A stretch of DNA of 64,000 nt, taken from assembly GCA_036172245.1 (NCBI GenBank), contig JAYWIR010000012.1:620001-684000 (forward strand). The letters are read 5' to 3'. Below the pieces are notes generated by a model. The model was given only the letters and a program-made list of their open reading frames with translations. It searched no databases and was not told where the DNA came from. Position numbers and translations under genes: made by a program. Numbering within the stretch: position 1 is the first letter of the stretch; each line of letters begins with the position of its first letter. Below, piece after piece: positions 51,151 through 64,000 of this stretch. Origin of the DNA: Raillietiella orientalis (Eukaryota).

Positions 51151-53822
51151 GATTTTCAACGGGGAATAACGATTTACGGCTTAATCCGTTAATTTGAGAA
51201 CACGAACTGTTTTCGGGACACATCTACACACGGCTGACCACCCTTACGTAAGAAACAAGAGAACCTTTCAGTGCTCTACAGATGGACAAACTGGGGATTC
51301 AAACAGATAGCAAGTGGCAATGTCCCTCCGAGAGTGTCCATAAAAGACATACGTGACAGCTTGGTGATCATTTAGCAGGGAGCCTTCCCGGAAAGAATGA
51401 GTATCATGGCAACGGCGCAGACATGCTACGAAACAAGCGTGGACTCCTAAACATCTTTACGGGATGGTGGATTCTTAATGAACACGGTTCTTCATGTTTC
51501 GTCGGAAGCTGCACAAACATCAGTGCACAGCTTCTTATCGATGTACGGTCATCTATAAATGAGTGCTTTAAGATGATCTTGAGAGAATGGTAGCGATGTC
51601 TTCGACCAAAGAGGACATTGCACGGTTCTCCGTATCTGCATACCATTTCGTTTTTCCATTCAGCATTTACTAAAGTTAAAGGTTAACCTCAAGCTGCTGA
51701 GAAAATCACGTTCCAGGCTTTGAACTGTTTCCTGCTTAATGAAGAAAATAATAAACAGACTTAGCTGCTGTATCCACAATGTTAGTTCATCACAGTTATC
51801 GAATTATGATCTTCGCTTCTAAATGTGGTTTGGATTGAGCGGTTAGATATTTCTGTCTTCCCCTGATGCTCGCTTCACCTAAACATTTTTCCACGGATTT
51901 TGGAAATTATTCTGCCGAACACCTCAAGAACGTTATAGCGAAGTTGCGAACCGGTGCCGTTCTTGGAAATTTCAACAAATTCCGTTGAATTCACCTTCAG
52001 CGACAACTTGCTCTCTTATAAGTCAGTTTAGATAGAGTACGCTGGATTGAATACTGGATATAGGTTAGATGCAGTTAAAAATTGTGTACATCCAAAAATG
52101 GAATATCGTGAAAGACAATCCAATCCCATAGAGGAGAACTATTATCCTTATTTTCAATAGATTTCCACTATATGCTTATGGATACGCTGCATTTCTTGAA
52201 ATTTTTTACTTTTTGGAATTTAAATTTGCACTTTGAAATCGGTTGATCATCATTATCGAGAACAACCGAATCCGGGAAATAAAAAAGACTTTTCGAGATC
52301 TTTCTTCAAGGGATGAACTCCTCCCATACACTAAACTCGAATCAAAACAAGCGGCAAAGATGCAATCTTTGGATGCTGCGCGGAAAAGTACTTTGAAATT
52401 GTCCCTACACGAACGCTTCCCATCAATGATTGATGCAAATTGAATGGCGGATTCGAAATTCTATTTTGGAATGAACGGGATGATGTTTCCAACGTGGGAA
52501 AGCTTATGCGTTTACAGACCTTCAAATAATCATTTTTTTCTCCCTTGGAGTTTGCTACTCCGAAAGCAGCCAGGCAAAAAACAAAAACAAAAAAAAGATA
52601 TATATATATATATATATATATATTTCCATTTCGATTTCGCATCACATCGCCTCAATCGTTTTCACCACTTGCACTTTTCCAATGATGGATCCATGAGTCT
52701 TCCGGTAAATTCACGGCTTTCCCGTAATTCAGGCCATTCGCATGGAACCCATGTAGAGCTGCGGAAAGCTCCTGGAGAGCAATAAAAGTTCCACGATAGG
52801 CTTATTTCACACTTGGAGATCGACTACGGTGCAGCCACCCCTTCCCCCATCGGGAAAGGAAAACATCAACAGCACTTTCCTTCAATCAGCACGTCGAAAG
52901 CATTCCAGGTGCACTTTCAGGCAAGGGGGAACGAACGAACGCGATCCTGCAGAACACGGAAATGCTCTTGAACTCGCTTCAAGCTGAAGAGGTCAGCTGA
53001 AGCACACGCAAAACTGCCCGCAGGAAAGAAGCGCGTGACCGAGCATGGTTTCCGTGAATGAAACCAATGGGTTCCACGGCTTTTGCCGACCAAATGCCAG
53101 GTCGCATACTTACAAGGGTGAGGTGAGTTTTCCGAGTACCTGCAATCACGGACGGCTTGAGAATAGTGCTACTGTTTACGGGTAACTTTTTACCCGGTGG
53201 TATCAGGGTGCCATTAGGATCAGATTCTACGTGTTCCAGATGAGCTGCTCCATGGTTGTGCGACTGGAACCGAGACGGCGGAATCAGGAAAAGAAGAATC
53301 CCTTTGCTCTGGATTTTAGACCATGCTTCGGGCGCCGACGCTCAAAATCCCTTCGGATTTTCGTCCTCGCTTACAAATTTGATTCTTCGAATACTTTGAA
53401 GATTCTTTGAAGCCAGAATCCTTCGCACACCCATACCAATGAGCAGACACGTATGGCTTTGGAAAAAAAGGACCTGCTTATACGGCAACAGTGATGAGCT
53501 CTTACTCTTAATAACGCTCGCAAACTTGTTCAATTCGAGCAGCCTCGGCTCAAAACAGACAGAAAGAGAGCTGGAGCAGCTGCACCTTGGAGCAGTTCAG
53601 TTTGAATGCTTTCAGAAAGGCTTTCTGAGGATCACACATCCGTCAAGTGTATGCGGAACGAATACAGAATCTCACTCTGCTGTGTATTAAAGTGAATGCA
53701 TACGCCAACTTCGAAGTAATGCTTGTATTTATATAAAACAATATTATCGTATATTGAGTACTTTTGTAATGGTGAGTAGAGAATCTAGCAACACAATATA
53801 TAGAGGTATAAATTGTTATTCT

Positions 53823-55088
53823 TCAGTACAGTAGAATTCGCTTTTCTACTGTAGTTCTGCAAATTGGGCATTCGGCCATTCGATCGCCACACATCTGACA
53901 CGTACCATGACCACATAAAAAAATCATATTTTTGAAACGATCCAGACACACAGGACACATCGTCTGTAACAGAGTTCAGGATAAACAAACCCGACAGCGA
54001 ACGTCCGTACCTGACCCTTGATGTCTTCTAGCTGCTGCTGCAGCTTGACGATTTCCGAAGACGAGCTGTTCTGCACCAGGTGGTTGTTGGATAAGCGGCA
54101 CTTCTCTGGTACAGGATGGCCGTTCACTTCGCGACGTGATGAACGCTACTTTACCTTTCAGGATGGCATGGAGTTCAACCAGAGGCAACATCCACCCATC
54201 TGATCCGCCACAGCACACTACGTATGGAATCATCTTGCTTATCGACTCGCGGCACTGAACGCATTTTTTCATCAACGCGGCGCAGCTGTCGCAGGCACAG
54301 AAGTGACCACAGGGCTTGAACAGCACGGACGCGGACTTGTCGGAACAGACCACGCACTCTTCTATCTACGATTCAGGTCATCGGATTGGCGACGCAGCAC
54401 GCGACCTCCCGCTTACCTTCGTGCGGGACACCACTGGCTCTTTACATATCAGGCATTTCTTCACACGAGGTGAGCACAGAGAGCAAGTCGCAATATGACC
54501 ACAAGGCCCGAAGAGCGTATCTCGTTTCATATCCGAACACACCATGCACTCATCCACCTCCTGTTCGAGGCGGTTTTCAGCTGCTGCTCCTCCCACGGCA
54601 CCAAGCACGCCCAATTTCGAAGAGTCCAAATCACCTCTGGAAAGCGGAAACACGAGTTCAAAACGCACGACTGATGTCTCTGAAGGAAGGCAGGAGCGTT
54701 ACCCATTTTTACAACGCTGGTATTTCGATAGTGCTTTAGAAAAACTCGGATTTGGACACAGGTCAAGAGGTGCTTTCCCTTTTTTGTTTTTAACATTCAT
54801 GTCGGCACCATGAGACACCAGGAAGCACGCAATGTTGGCCGATCCTTTCTTCTCACCAGTCTGGCACCCTAATCCCATTATGAGCTACGAAATAGAAACA
54901 CAGGCGTTGTTGTTTTATTAATAAAATTTATTTCCAATATTGAGATCCTTAACACTTACCTTTCTGACATCTTTTTCTTCCTGCAACTGGCGCAGCTGTA
55001 ATAAAGTATGGTGACACAAAGCCTCATGAAGGGGGGTATCCCCGTCTTTGTCCTGAATGTTCACATTTGCTCCAGCATCAATCAAGAG
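53823..55088 (-). CDS. MIB1: E3 ubiquitin ligase mind bomb 1, last six exons (ankyrin repeats plus three RINGs); 5' exons lie beyond the window
   Basis: Exons 54960-55088 ([36 protein letters not shown]), 54703-54884 (LIMGLG...[11 protein letters not shown]...PLDLCP), 54417-54636 (RING1 [18 protein letters not shown]), 54155-54365 (RING2 [10 protein letters not shown]), 54011-54105 ([12 protein letters not shown]), 53823-53963 ([46 protein letters not shown]). All GT-AG and phase-consistent. Confidence 0.95.
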
Positions 55089-55962
55089 CTATGCGTAAGC
55101 GAGAATCACACGGTTAGTACAGTGTACAATATAGTACCAACGCAGGAAAGCATTAACACACGCACAAAAAAAACCGAACTGGAAAAGATCGGCTGCCTCG
55201 TTCAACATAAGTGACCACCGCTGGTGGGAAGCAACAGACAGTTACGAGAGGGTTGAAAACGATGGGACATACGGTTGTGTGTAAGAACCCTTTTACACAA
55301 CTACTGCAACAACAGCGAAAAAGTGCCACCGGCGTGGAAGACCAGGTAATTAGAGTTCTTCGAAACCAGTTTGTAACATACACAGTGAATTTCCTCGTGC
55401 TCACCGTGTGAGCACCTGACCACAGATGAACTAGAAATGTGAAACACCACCGAAGCAAACGACATTTCTCCCACACGAAAAAATTCAAAGACAGCAGTTC
55501 CATGGAAGCAATCGAATTTACTGCTGTTTGGCTAGAAAACGATGAAATCATCTATAAAGATACAGTGGACAGCTCACTGGAACGCTTGCTTCAATGAATA
55601 CTCAGCAAGCATCATCTTCTGCTCTTCCTAATGATTTAATAAATTTCTGATGACATTTTTAGCAGCTTCACGCAAACCATAACAGTTTATCTTGAAATCC
55701 AACCTTAATTAAGATTACATAAAATAATTAACAGTGGCTGCTGTTGGCAAAATTTTTACTTGATTTCCTGCCAATAAGCAAATCAATTAAGTTTAAGAGT
55801 GCGATGCAAAACGCATGCTTTCTTTTTTCTTTTCCTCAACGTAAACTAGACTGAATTACAGGATACGAAGGAGAATCATGAATGAAAACCATGAATGAAA
55901 TCAACAACTCAAATTTTCGCTGCCCCGGTATTCTCATATCTTCACAACCGAGTACCAGAAAA

Positions 55963-56060
55963 TTTTTCGCACACATTTGCCCCAATATATATATATAATG
56001 CTCCCAATATATAACATGTATGTATATATATTATATATTGGGGGAAACGTGTGCGAAAAA
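55963..56060. repeat. Short foldback: 28-bp inverted arms (2 mismatches) around an AT-repeat loop
   Basis: tttttcgcacacatttgccccaatatat ... atatattgggggaaacgtgtgcgaaaaa. Confidence 0.8.
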
Positions 56061-57357
56061 ATATATATATATATATTCACACGAAAGCAATCCGTTGTGA
56101 TGACGCAAGCAAAAAGCAACGGGTGTTTTAGTTTTCTCCTTTCTATTCAAAGGGTGTTCTCGAGGGAGGGGGACCCATGTATCCAACATCAGGATTCGAC
56201 GAGCGACAGAGGAGGAGGACCGAGGACCGAGGAGGAAGCAGTCGGCATGCGCGCCGCCGCACTACTATGCAGTCAGAGTTCAAGTGAGCAGGGCTTTTCG
56301 AATATGCTGCCACTAATAGTTATAATCGATGAAAAGGAAAGTTCTGCTATTCGGCCTTACTGTGGCAAAAGGAATCCATTAAATAAATAAAGGGGAACGA
56401 ACAGCAGCAGCAGCTACATCTATGCAACCATGAGAGCAAGAGGTGCTCAGATGCAACAGCATTTTTCAATGGTGGTACGAACGAAGAGACAAATGCACAT
56501 TCATTAGAAAAAAAGATGTTCTTCGTTGCAACCTTCCAATGCAACGTTCAGCAAAGCTCGTAAGCCTCTGAACAAAAATCAAGACACATACTAATTTATA
56601 TCAAGTAATTTGCCCACACTTTCAACGCAAATATGTTTGCCATCCAACACCATAAAAGAATACTAAGATAAATAAAAAAAAACGCCATGCCATCATAATT
56701 GCTTTGAAACGATTTCCCATTTCATCAGGGAATACGTTACTGCCATCTCAATTCGACCTCCTGGAATCCCCTGCTTCTGAAAAACAAACAAACAAACAAG
56801 GCCAGCATCCCGGAGTGGGAATCCAATCAAGATCCCGTTTTTCTTCTTCGCCATTCAGTATTCTTTCTGCTGATACAAAAACTGAAACCGTGGTTTACGT
56901 TTCGTAAACCATAGCTTATTTGTGCTGACTCCGCATGCACAATGACAACAGGTTTTTTATACAGCTTCCAGCTAAGCGGCTTTCGTGCAATGCATCGGAG
57001 AAGATCGAACCACAAGGTCTTTCTTCCTCTTTTTTTTTTTTTTTTTTGCTTTTTCCTTCGAAAAAGTCCCGTCGTCCATTGCTCAGGACGCGTTTTTATC
57101 AGGGCGAAGAAACCGTTCCCAGAATTCGAAACCGGCAGGGGTGGTACACACACACACACACACAAAAAAAAAAAAAAACCCCACGTTTTCCACTCTGAGA
57201 GTTTCACGGGGACATCGAATTTTGACCGCAGTTTAACCGCGGAAGCTCGCGAAAGTACGAAAAGCGGCGGCACGACCCACAAGTCGCAAGCACTCTTAGG
57301 AGCACATTTTGCAAGCTGATAAAACGCGCGCGCCAGCGCGCAAAAAAAAAAAAAAAA

Positions 57358-57374
57358 GGGGGTGGGAGGGTGGG
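57358..57374 (+). other. G-quadruplex-forming motif with 1-nt loops
   Basis: GGGGG T GGG A GGG T GGG, followed by (GAG)n and a G-run to ~57398. Confidence 0.6.
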
Positions 57375-58081
57375 AAGAGGAGGAGGAGGGGGGGGGGGAC
57401 GTACATGGGAGCGCTGTGCTCCCAATAATTTGCAGCAAGAATAGTCGAGGGTGTTGGGTAATTCTGCTCAGTCACTTTGGGAAAATTCGAACAGGCCACA
57501 GTGTCTGGAGCGCGAGAATTAAGGGAAGCAATTCAAGTGACTCCCAAGCGCGGCTGGCGGCGCTCCGCGGGAGAGAAGCACGTGCAAGGATGCTGGCGAA
57601 ACGAATCGGAGGCAGACTGACGAGGACGCTGAACCATTTCAAGACTACGCGACGAATTCCAAGGCAGACGGAACGGTACCGGATGTGCACGAGGGATGTT
57701 CTGGAAGCTCTCGCCTCTCCAGGGATGGGGAACGGCGTAGTGACTGTGTTACAGGGTTTCACGTGATCAGCTAGGAGGTCTCGAAGACCGTGCTGAGGAG
57801 GCCAGGATCTGCAAAACCCGATATGCAAAGGGTTCCGTGGGGCTGCATGCGGAAAACGTATGCTGCTGCACGCTGCAAAGCAAAGACGATCGAGATCGGC
57901 GGACCGGATTCTGTGCACGGTTTGTACGCACGTGTGTCTCGAAAATGAGTCCTTTTCTTCATTATGGAACTGCTTGTAACCGAAACAGTACGGTGAATCG
58001 GTGCAGCTGTGCGTCAGAGAGTTCTCTGGAGGTCCATGTCTAACTGAGGGAGAGAGAGAGAGAGAAAAAAAAAAAAAAAAA

Positions 58082-58112
<31 letters not shown>

Positions 58113-58453
58113 CGGTAAATCTATTCTTGGAGTAATGGTGCGGAGAGGAACGCTTTCCCAACGAATCGTGACACAGCTTTGCAAGAGATCTTACATCCGA
58201 CATTTCGTATATTTACAGATGCTGCGTGCGATCACCGAGTCTCTCGTTAACACGTTATACAAGGTGGGGGAACTCCATCGCAATGCATTATGAAAGATTT
58301 CCTCCATACTTGCGTGCGAGACCGTTGGAGCGCGGAACGTACCCTCCTTCACCCCCGTCCAGCACATGCAGCAGACTTCCACTGGCGGGGGGTACCACGC
58401 AAAACTCGACCCATTCCAAGAGGCCAACAACACGCAGTCTCAAACTCGCTATG

Positions 58454-59494
58454 ATTCTGGTTCCGATTCACCGGCAACTCCCGCAAACCATCTGTGTGGT
58501 CTCGGTAACTGGTTGCGTCCTCGTCGACCGTGAAGACTTCTTGATGGAGAGCATTCCGGGCATTCGCACTCGCCCGTGCGCATTGCAAATGGATGCACGG
58601 CGGGCTAGAACGGAGCCACGCTTTCGGGAGGACACGCCTCACGAACAGTTCATCTGAAGGGCTTCTAAAATGGCCAGGGGCCCTGATAGACGTTCAACGA
58701 ACGAGTGCCATTGCCGATTCAGAAAACAAGAGCTCCTGCTTCGGATGCTCCCAATCCTCGTACCCTTCGAGAATGCATCGAAATCGCAGTTTTTGAGATA
58801 CTTCCCCGGGACTGCTTCCCCGACCTCTTCTCGGACCGGGTTCAAACCGATTCAAACTTCCTTGTGCACAGCCCTCAGCTCGGAGGTCGTGCAAACCTTA
58901 TTTGCCTGACTGCGTTGTTTCAAACGCTCTTTTCTCGGCGAACGCCTGTCTAAGATGGAGGCGCTTTCCCATAGTCTTCCCCGTCTTGCGAAGAATACTC
59001 TTTTGTGACAAGATGCTTCCGCTCCCTGCATTCGATCCGGACGAAGCGTTGGAGCAGCCAAGTGTCGTACTTCAGGATGACGACGAAACGGAAGACTACC
59101 GACGCCGCGGACGAGGTCTGACGGAAGAGTGAAGATTCCCAGAGAAGGCATTTTAGCAAGCGCCAATGAAACTGCCGTCATGTTGAACGGCTTGTGGAAA
59201 CTTGACCGCAACTTCGTCCGTCTCATTTTTTTTCCCCAGTCGGGGCACCGGAGGAAGGTTTTTCGGTTCCACCACGTGGAGGGGATAGCCGGCATATTTC
59301 GGTGCTGGCGAGCTCTTTCCCTTCTTTCTTTTAAAGCGTTTGCTGTTGGCCGGTAATTCACCGGGTGACGCTCGGTGGATACCAGGATTTCCCCAGCCTC
59401 GTGGAACACCTCGAAGAATCCGATGTACTGCCTTTCGAAAGCTATTTCGAATATGTTATTTTTTCCGGTGCGTCTGCATCACGCGGATACTTTC
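58454..59494. repeat. ~1.04-kb dispersed repeat, copy 2 (inside the large mib1 intron)
   Basis: Matches 22177-23203 in the same orientation; carries an extra 14 bp (gctatttcgaatat) near 59441. Confidence 0.95.
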
Positions 59495-62400
59495 CAAGTT
59501 TTATTAATTAACGACCCGTTCCACAAGACACTGATCACACACATGAACGCCGCATTTCAGCGCGTTAATTTGGTGCTGCCATTAAACTGCCGTTAAGTAG
59601 CTGAGAAGAAACTGAAGTTTGCTTTAAATACTTCATTCCATGTGATGGGTAATCTGAATCTGTGAGATTGAGAGGCGTGATTCGAGATGAGAAAGACGAT
59701 TAAAAGGTAAAAACAAGGCGTGAACTAAAATGCAAAAAGATCGCAACATTTTGTATGAGAATTGCGAGTAGAAACGCAGACTTGAAAGACGAGACAGTTG
59801 ACCGAGAAAATCACACAATCATAAACAGGGATAACTCTGTTTTCGATTTCTCCCCACCAGGCTTGAATGAAGCTGGTGGGGAGACACCGAATGGAATATA
59901 AATTGAGCTGTGCGAACAGCGAAGCCACGAATCAATTAGAGTGGTTCATCACCTAAGATAAAGAAATATCATTGAAAAGAAAAAACACTCATTACGAACA
60001 CTTTTGCAAATGGTGTGGGGCGCAACTTCGCCATCATTTAATTGCTGTGAAGACTGAAAAGACTTGACGGCTAGATGCAAATTTCGCAACTTGCTGCTTT
60101 TACAAAAAAGTGAATAGAAACGACTAAATGTGTATCAGAAGAAAAAAAAAAAAAAAAAACAGCATCAGTAAGAATGCACCAATATTTTTTAAAAACGCAG
60201 GTCTCACTTGATTTCGAATTTCTTTCTACAGAAAATATTCGAAATTATAAATATGTTATTTGAACGAAAAGCTAAGATCCATATGTACGCTACAGCACAC
60301 ATGGTATCCAAGTTACTGGAAAGCCATCGTATCTAATACTGCAATAAATTGAATGAAATACACACACGTTCCGAGAGAATAGCTGAAGATGCTTCCAGCC
60401 AGCGCTGCAATGCACATTTGGTGAATTTAATGTATTTGCTGCTGCATCTCAGTCTTTCTGCCATCCCACGACAACGGCACTGCCCGCTGGACACCAGATT
60501 TTGCGATCACATATCAGAGTTAAAAACAAAGCTCAAGGAAATAAGGACTGAAAGTGCAGAAAAAGCGAAGAAGCAGGACACAGGCAGAAGGACGAGAATC
60601 TTTTGATGGAAAGACTCAGCTGCAAGAACAAACGAGATGGGAGTGAGTCGCTGGAGATGCAGGCACCAGAAAACCCCAGATGGAAGAAAGTACAAACTAA
60701 ATCATGGCGAAAACTAAATCAATCATAAAGAATTAAATTAATATGCTGAAACACCGAGAAAACAAAAAACAAATCACACGTAAAATATTCAAAACGACAT
60801 TACACAAGCAAACTTCTTTGTCATTACCAAGTACGAATTTTCAGAATACAAAAAAAGAAAGGCAACATTTACGTCGACAACCGCAAATCTCTCGGGAACG
60901 ATTTACACGTAAAGTGCGCGCGCGCACACACACACACACATCTGAATGGGATTTCTCCAGCCTGTCAATCAATTCCTCTATTCACATACTGATTTCGTTA
61001 TAGGAAGGAAATTCATACAGCTGCTGCTTTCAACAAAAAACATCCTTGCATAAAATTCGCAAACAAAGAAATGTTACATCAGAATTTTCCCAATAAGAGT
61101 CTGAAAAGCAAACGCTTTCATTTTCATATATGAATTTAAATTTTCATATACAAGAGCGTGCAGATCAGCAATCTGAAAACGATGTTTCAGGGAACAGTCA
61201 ACAGCTTGGCGCAAGATATGACCACATAATCCAGCAGAGTGAAGGGATAGAATTTGAGATGAACCTTTCGACACCATAAAATTTTCACTATGCTGAAGAA
61301 CTGATTTTTTGTAGTATTCGAATTGATTGTATGACTTCATGTGATATCCCTCATCAATGAATTTTCAAATTCTACCAATGCGATCATGCACATTTATCTG
61401 TGGGGTGGAAAACGCACAAAAAGTGAAGAAGGAAATCCTTTAAACGTCATTTACGAATACTCAAGTAAGGGGCACAGCATAAAATGCGACATAAATGGAA
61501 TCCAAGGCAAAAAAAACGCATCCTATAGGATTGTATACTTCATGAAATTTCTGGGATATGAATTCAACAGACCACTGCTTAAAAAAAAGGAAAAAAAAAG
61601 AGGAGGCATTGAACGACTAGCAGCAGCAAAAGTTAGGAAGGAACACATGCAATTTGGCTAACGAGCAAAAACAACTTCAGGAAATATACAAAAGTCGGCA
61701 CAAAACAAAGTATGAATGAGATCGCACGGTGAAAAAAGGACACGAGAGAACAACGCTAAAATTCTTCACGGAATATTAAGGGGGAACGCACATCAACTCG
61801 AGTGGGATTTTCTCCATCTTCATTCAGCTACTGATTTTATAAAACAATATTTCGTGAAACGTTTCTCACGATCTGCGTATGGCAAACGCGGGTGCTCGGA
61901 TAAGTTTCCAATATGCAGTACCAGACAGTACAGAAGCTAACCGCTTGCAGTACTGAATGTACATCACGATAAGTGAGAAAAACGGCCGTTCTTCGAACAG
62001 CCCAGGGTGTTGAAAATTTCGGGAACCAACGGGCGGCTAAGTTTCGAACGAATCTTTCGCGGAGTCTGCTGAAAAAAGCTGTACGGATGCGCACATATTA
62101 TATACGCATATTGCAAATGCAAGAAGAGCAGTATAGGTTGGATGAAGGCTCGAAAGCACAAGATGGTTGCCAAACACTGAAGACCTTTCTCAGCCACTCG
62201 CTTGCTCGAATCCCATCATACATCAGCATATGAGGGATATTTCAGAATTTAACAGGAGTCGGAGAAAACACAGAAAAAAGAAACAGAGGTGGAACAGGGC
62301 GACGTGGGCGAAATAGTGCGAAATTGATCTTTTCCTTAAAAGATGAACTTGTGTCTCTTTGCCTTAAAAAGAGATAACCCTCCTTTCTTCGCTGTTTACA

Positions 62401-64000
62401 CAACGAAGGATGAACTTTGGTAGTTCGATTTCTCTGGTATATTAAAATGAAGACTTCAGCAAAGCTCGTAAATTTCTCTGGTAGGGATAAATCATAGGAA
62501 AAACCAACGGCTCGCATGCTGAAATGTTGAAACGCTGATGCACCAACAGAACAACGCATCACACACAAAAGAAAGATTGGAGTTTGAGCCACAATCCGCA
62601 TACACATTTATATCAAACATGGTGCATGCAAATGATGCTTTAATTTCAGAGGAACTGTAATAACAAAGGAAACTAAATCGAGGGGAAAGGGTCAAGTGAT
62701 CCTCTGAAACGAGCACCTTTGAGAACGAAAACCAGAAAAAAAAATGATGATGATGATGACGACGACAAAATCAAGTTAAGCACACAGAAAAGCGTTCGTT
62801 ATCCGCACCCAGCTCTGATCGCCCGAATTCAAACGTCGTCGGAATAAAGAAAGACAAATTCTTGCATCCAAGTGACTTTTCATAGCTCAAACTAGAATGC
62901 GAAGCGATCCCCGTAACCGCAACCCTTTCTGAGAAACGAAACGCCACGACGAACACTCCGAAGTGTTCGACTTGATCGTTTGGAAGACGGGATGCCAGTT
63001 CCAGAAGAATCACTTTCCCACCCGGCTCTTAGAGGTTTTCGGTTTCCTCCATGTTATATTGCCAGGCACCGCAACTGCAGCGCTGAGCAGCTGTAGAGAA
63101 ACCTGACCACAACAAGCAGGGGCTGAGCACTGATTTCCCTTAAACCTTCCGCTCGTTTCGGTTGCTTCATCGGTGCGATCCTGTGAGCAAATTAGAATCC
63201 CTCAAGGGATCGGGACGCCAAGACTCCAATCTCGTCCTTCGCGTTTCGAGAAGCTCTCTCGAACATCCAAACGTACATGCATCCGTCAGCTTCCACGCGA
63301 AGATGCAGACAAGCTCCAAAACCAATCACATAACCCCAATGCGCATTGCCTCCACATGTCTTTGGCGTTTTGCTTGCAGTCCGCTGCAAGTTCCATGCAA
63401 AGTCAAGCCTTTCTCTCTCACACTTATAGACAGAATTTGCATTGAAAAAGATAATCCCCAGTTAATCACTGACCAAACCAATCGAATGCTCTTGACCAAA
63501 ACTCCATTCACATAACACCAAGTACGATTTCATTTACCAAGGATGAAATAATTCCTTGCTCGCTGTATGTGACAAAACAAATGAACACATGACTTGTCGG
63601 ATGAATAGCTAGCTATCAAGCTACCATCCTTCAACAAATCTAAAGAAAATCGTCGGTCCATTAGGATTAGCGATGGAAATTTGGATAGAAAAATTTTCAG
63701 CATCTTTTTTCATTAACTGCCTCTCCTAAGTTCTTGCACACCATTGAATTCCAAAAATTCTTGAAAACCGCATACGTTTCAGCTCTGCATGCTCAGGTGA
63801 AGCAAATGTATTTTTTTTTTTTTTAAGTCAATTTTCGAATCAAATTCTCGATTCTCGAAATCAACTTCTTTCTCCCTTTACCTTTTAATTAAAGAGAAAT
63901 GCGAACGACCGTTATCTCCAATTATTATTAAAGTGGCTGGTCACTTTCGTAAATCCACATCATAACCGCATGCACTCTGCAAAATGATTTACACGAAAAT

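Noticed and set aside
54127..54154. 28-nt intron in mib1
   Set aside because: A better acceptor (catcctgtaccag, 54106) gives an in-frame 49-nt intron.
57472..58203. 243-aa minus-strand ORF
   Set aside because: Runs through microsatellites, has no domain, and lies within the mib1 intron.
61973..62233. Brinker/pogo-type HTH remnant (ENFGNQRAAKF)
   Set aside because: The similarity is too short and no other transposase motifs or TIRs were found.

Overview
Metazoan (invertebrate, probably arthropod, by inference) genomic DNA. Bases 1-13.2 kb are a dense, GC-rich graveyard of decayed L1/Tx1-like non-LTR retrotransposon fragments, interleaved with a tRNA-headed SINE-like repeat family, a minisatellite and a degenerate (CCTAA)n tract. 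Four spliced host genes can be built by hand: Arp2/ACTR2 (+, 14245-16127), a single-domain FAD synthase (+, 23717-24716), Additional sex combs (-, 24931-35233) and the 3' six exons of mind bomb 1 (-, 53823-55088, continuing beyond the window). Many of their introns are only 39-51 nt. The window also contains a hAT deletion derivative with TIRs and TSD, a ~1-kb near-identical dispersed duplication, and foldback hairpins. It also has an intact 566-aa pogo/Tigger transposase ORF inside an eroded transposon shell with a splice acceptor right before its ATG, which is the best candidate for a domesticated gene. All calls come from manual motif recognition; no database searches were run.
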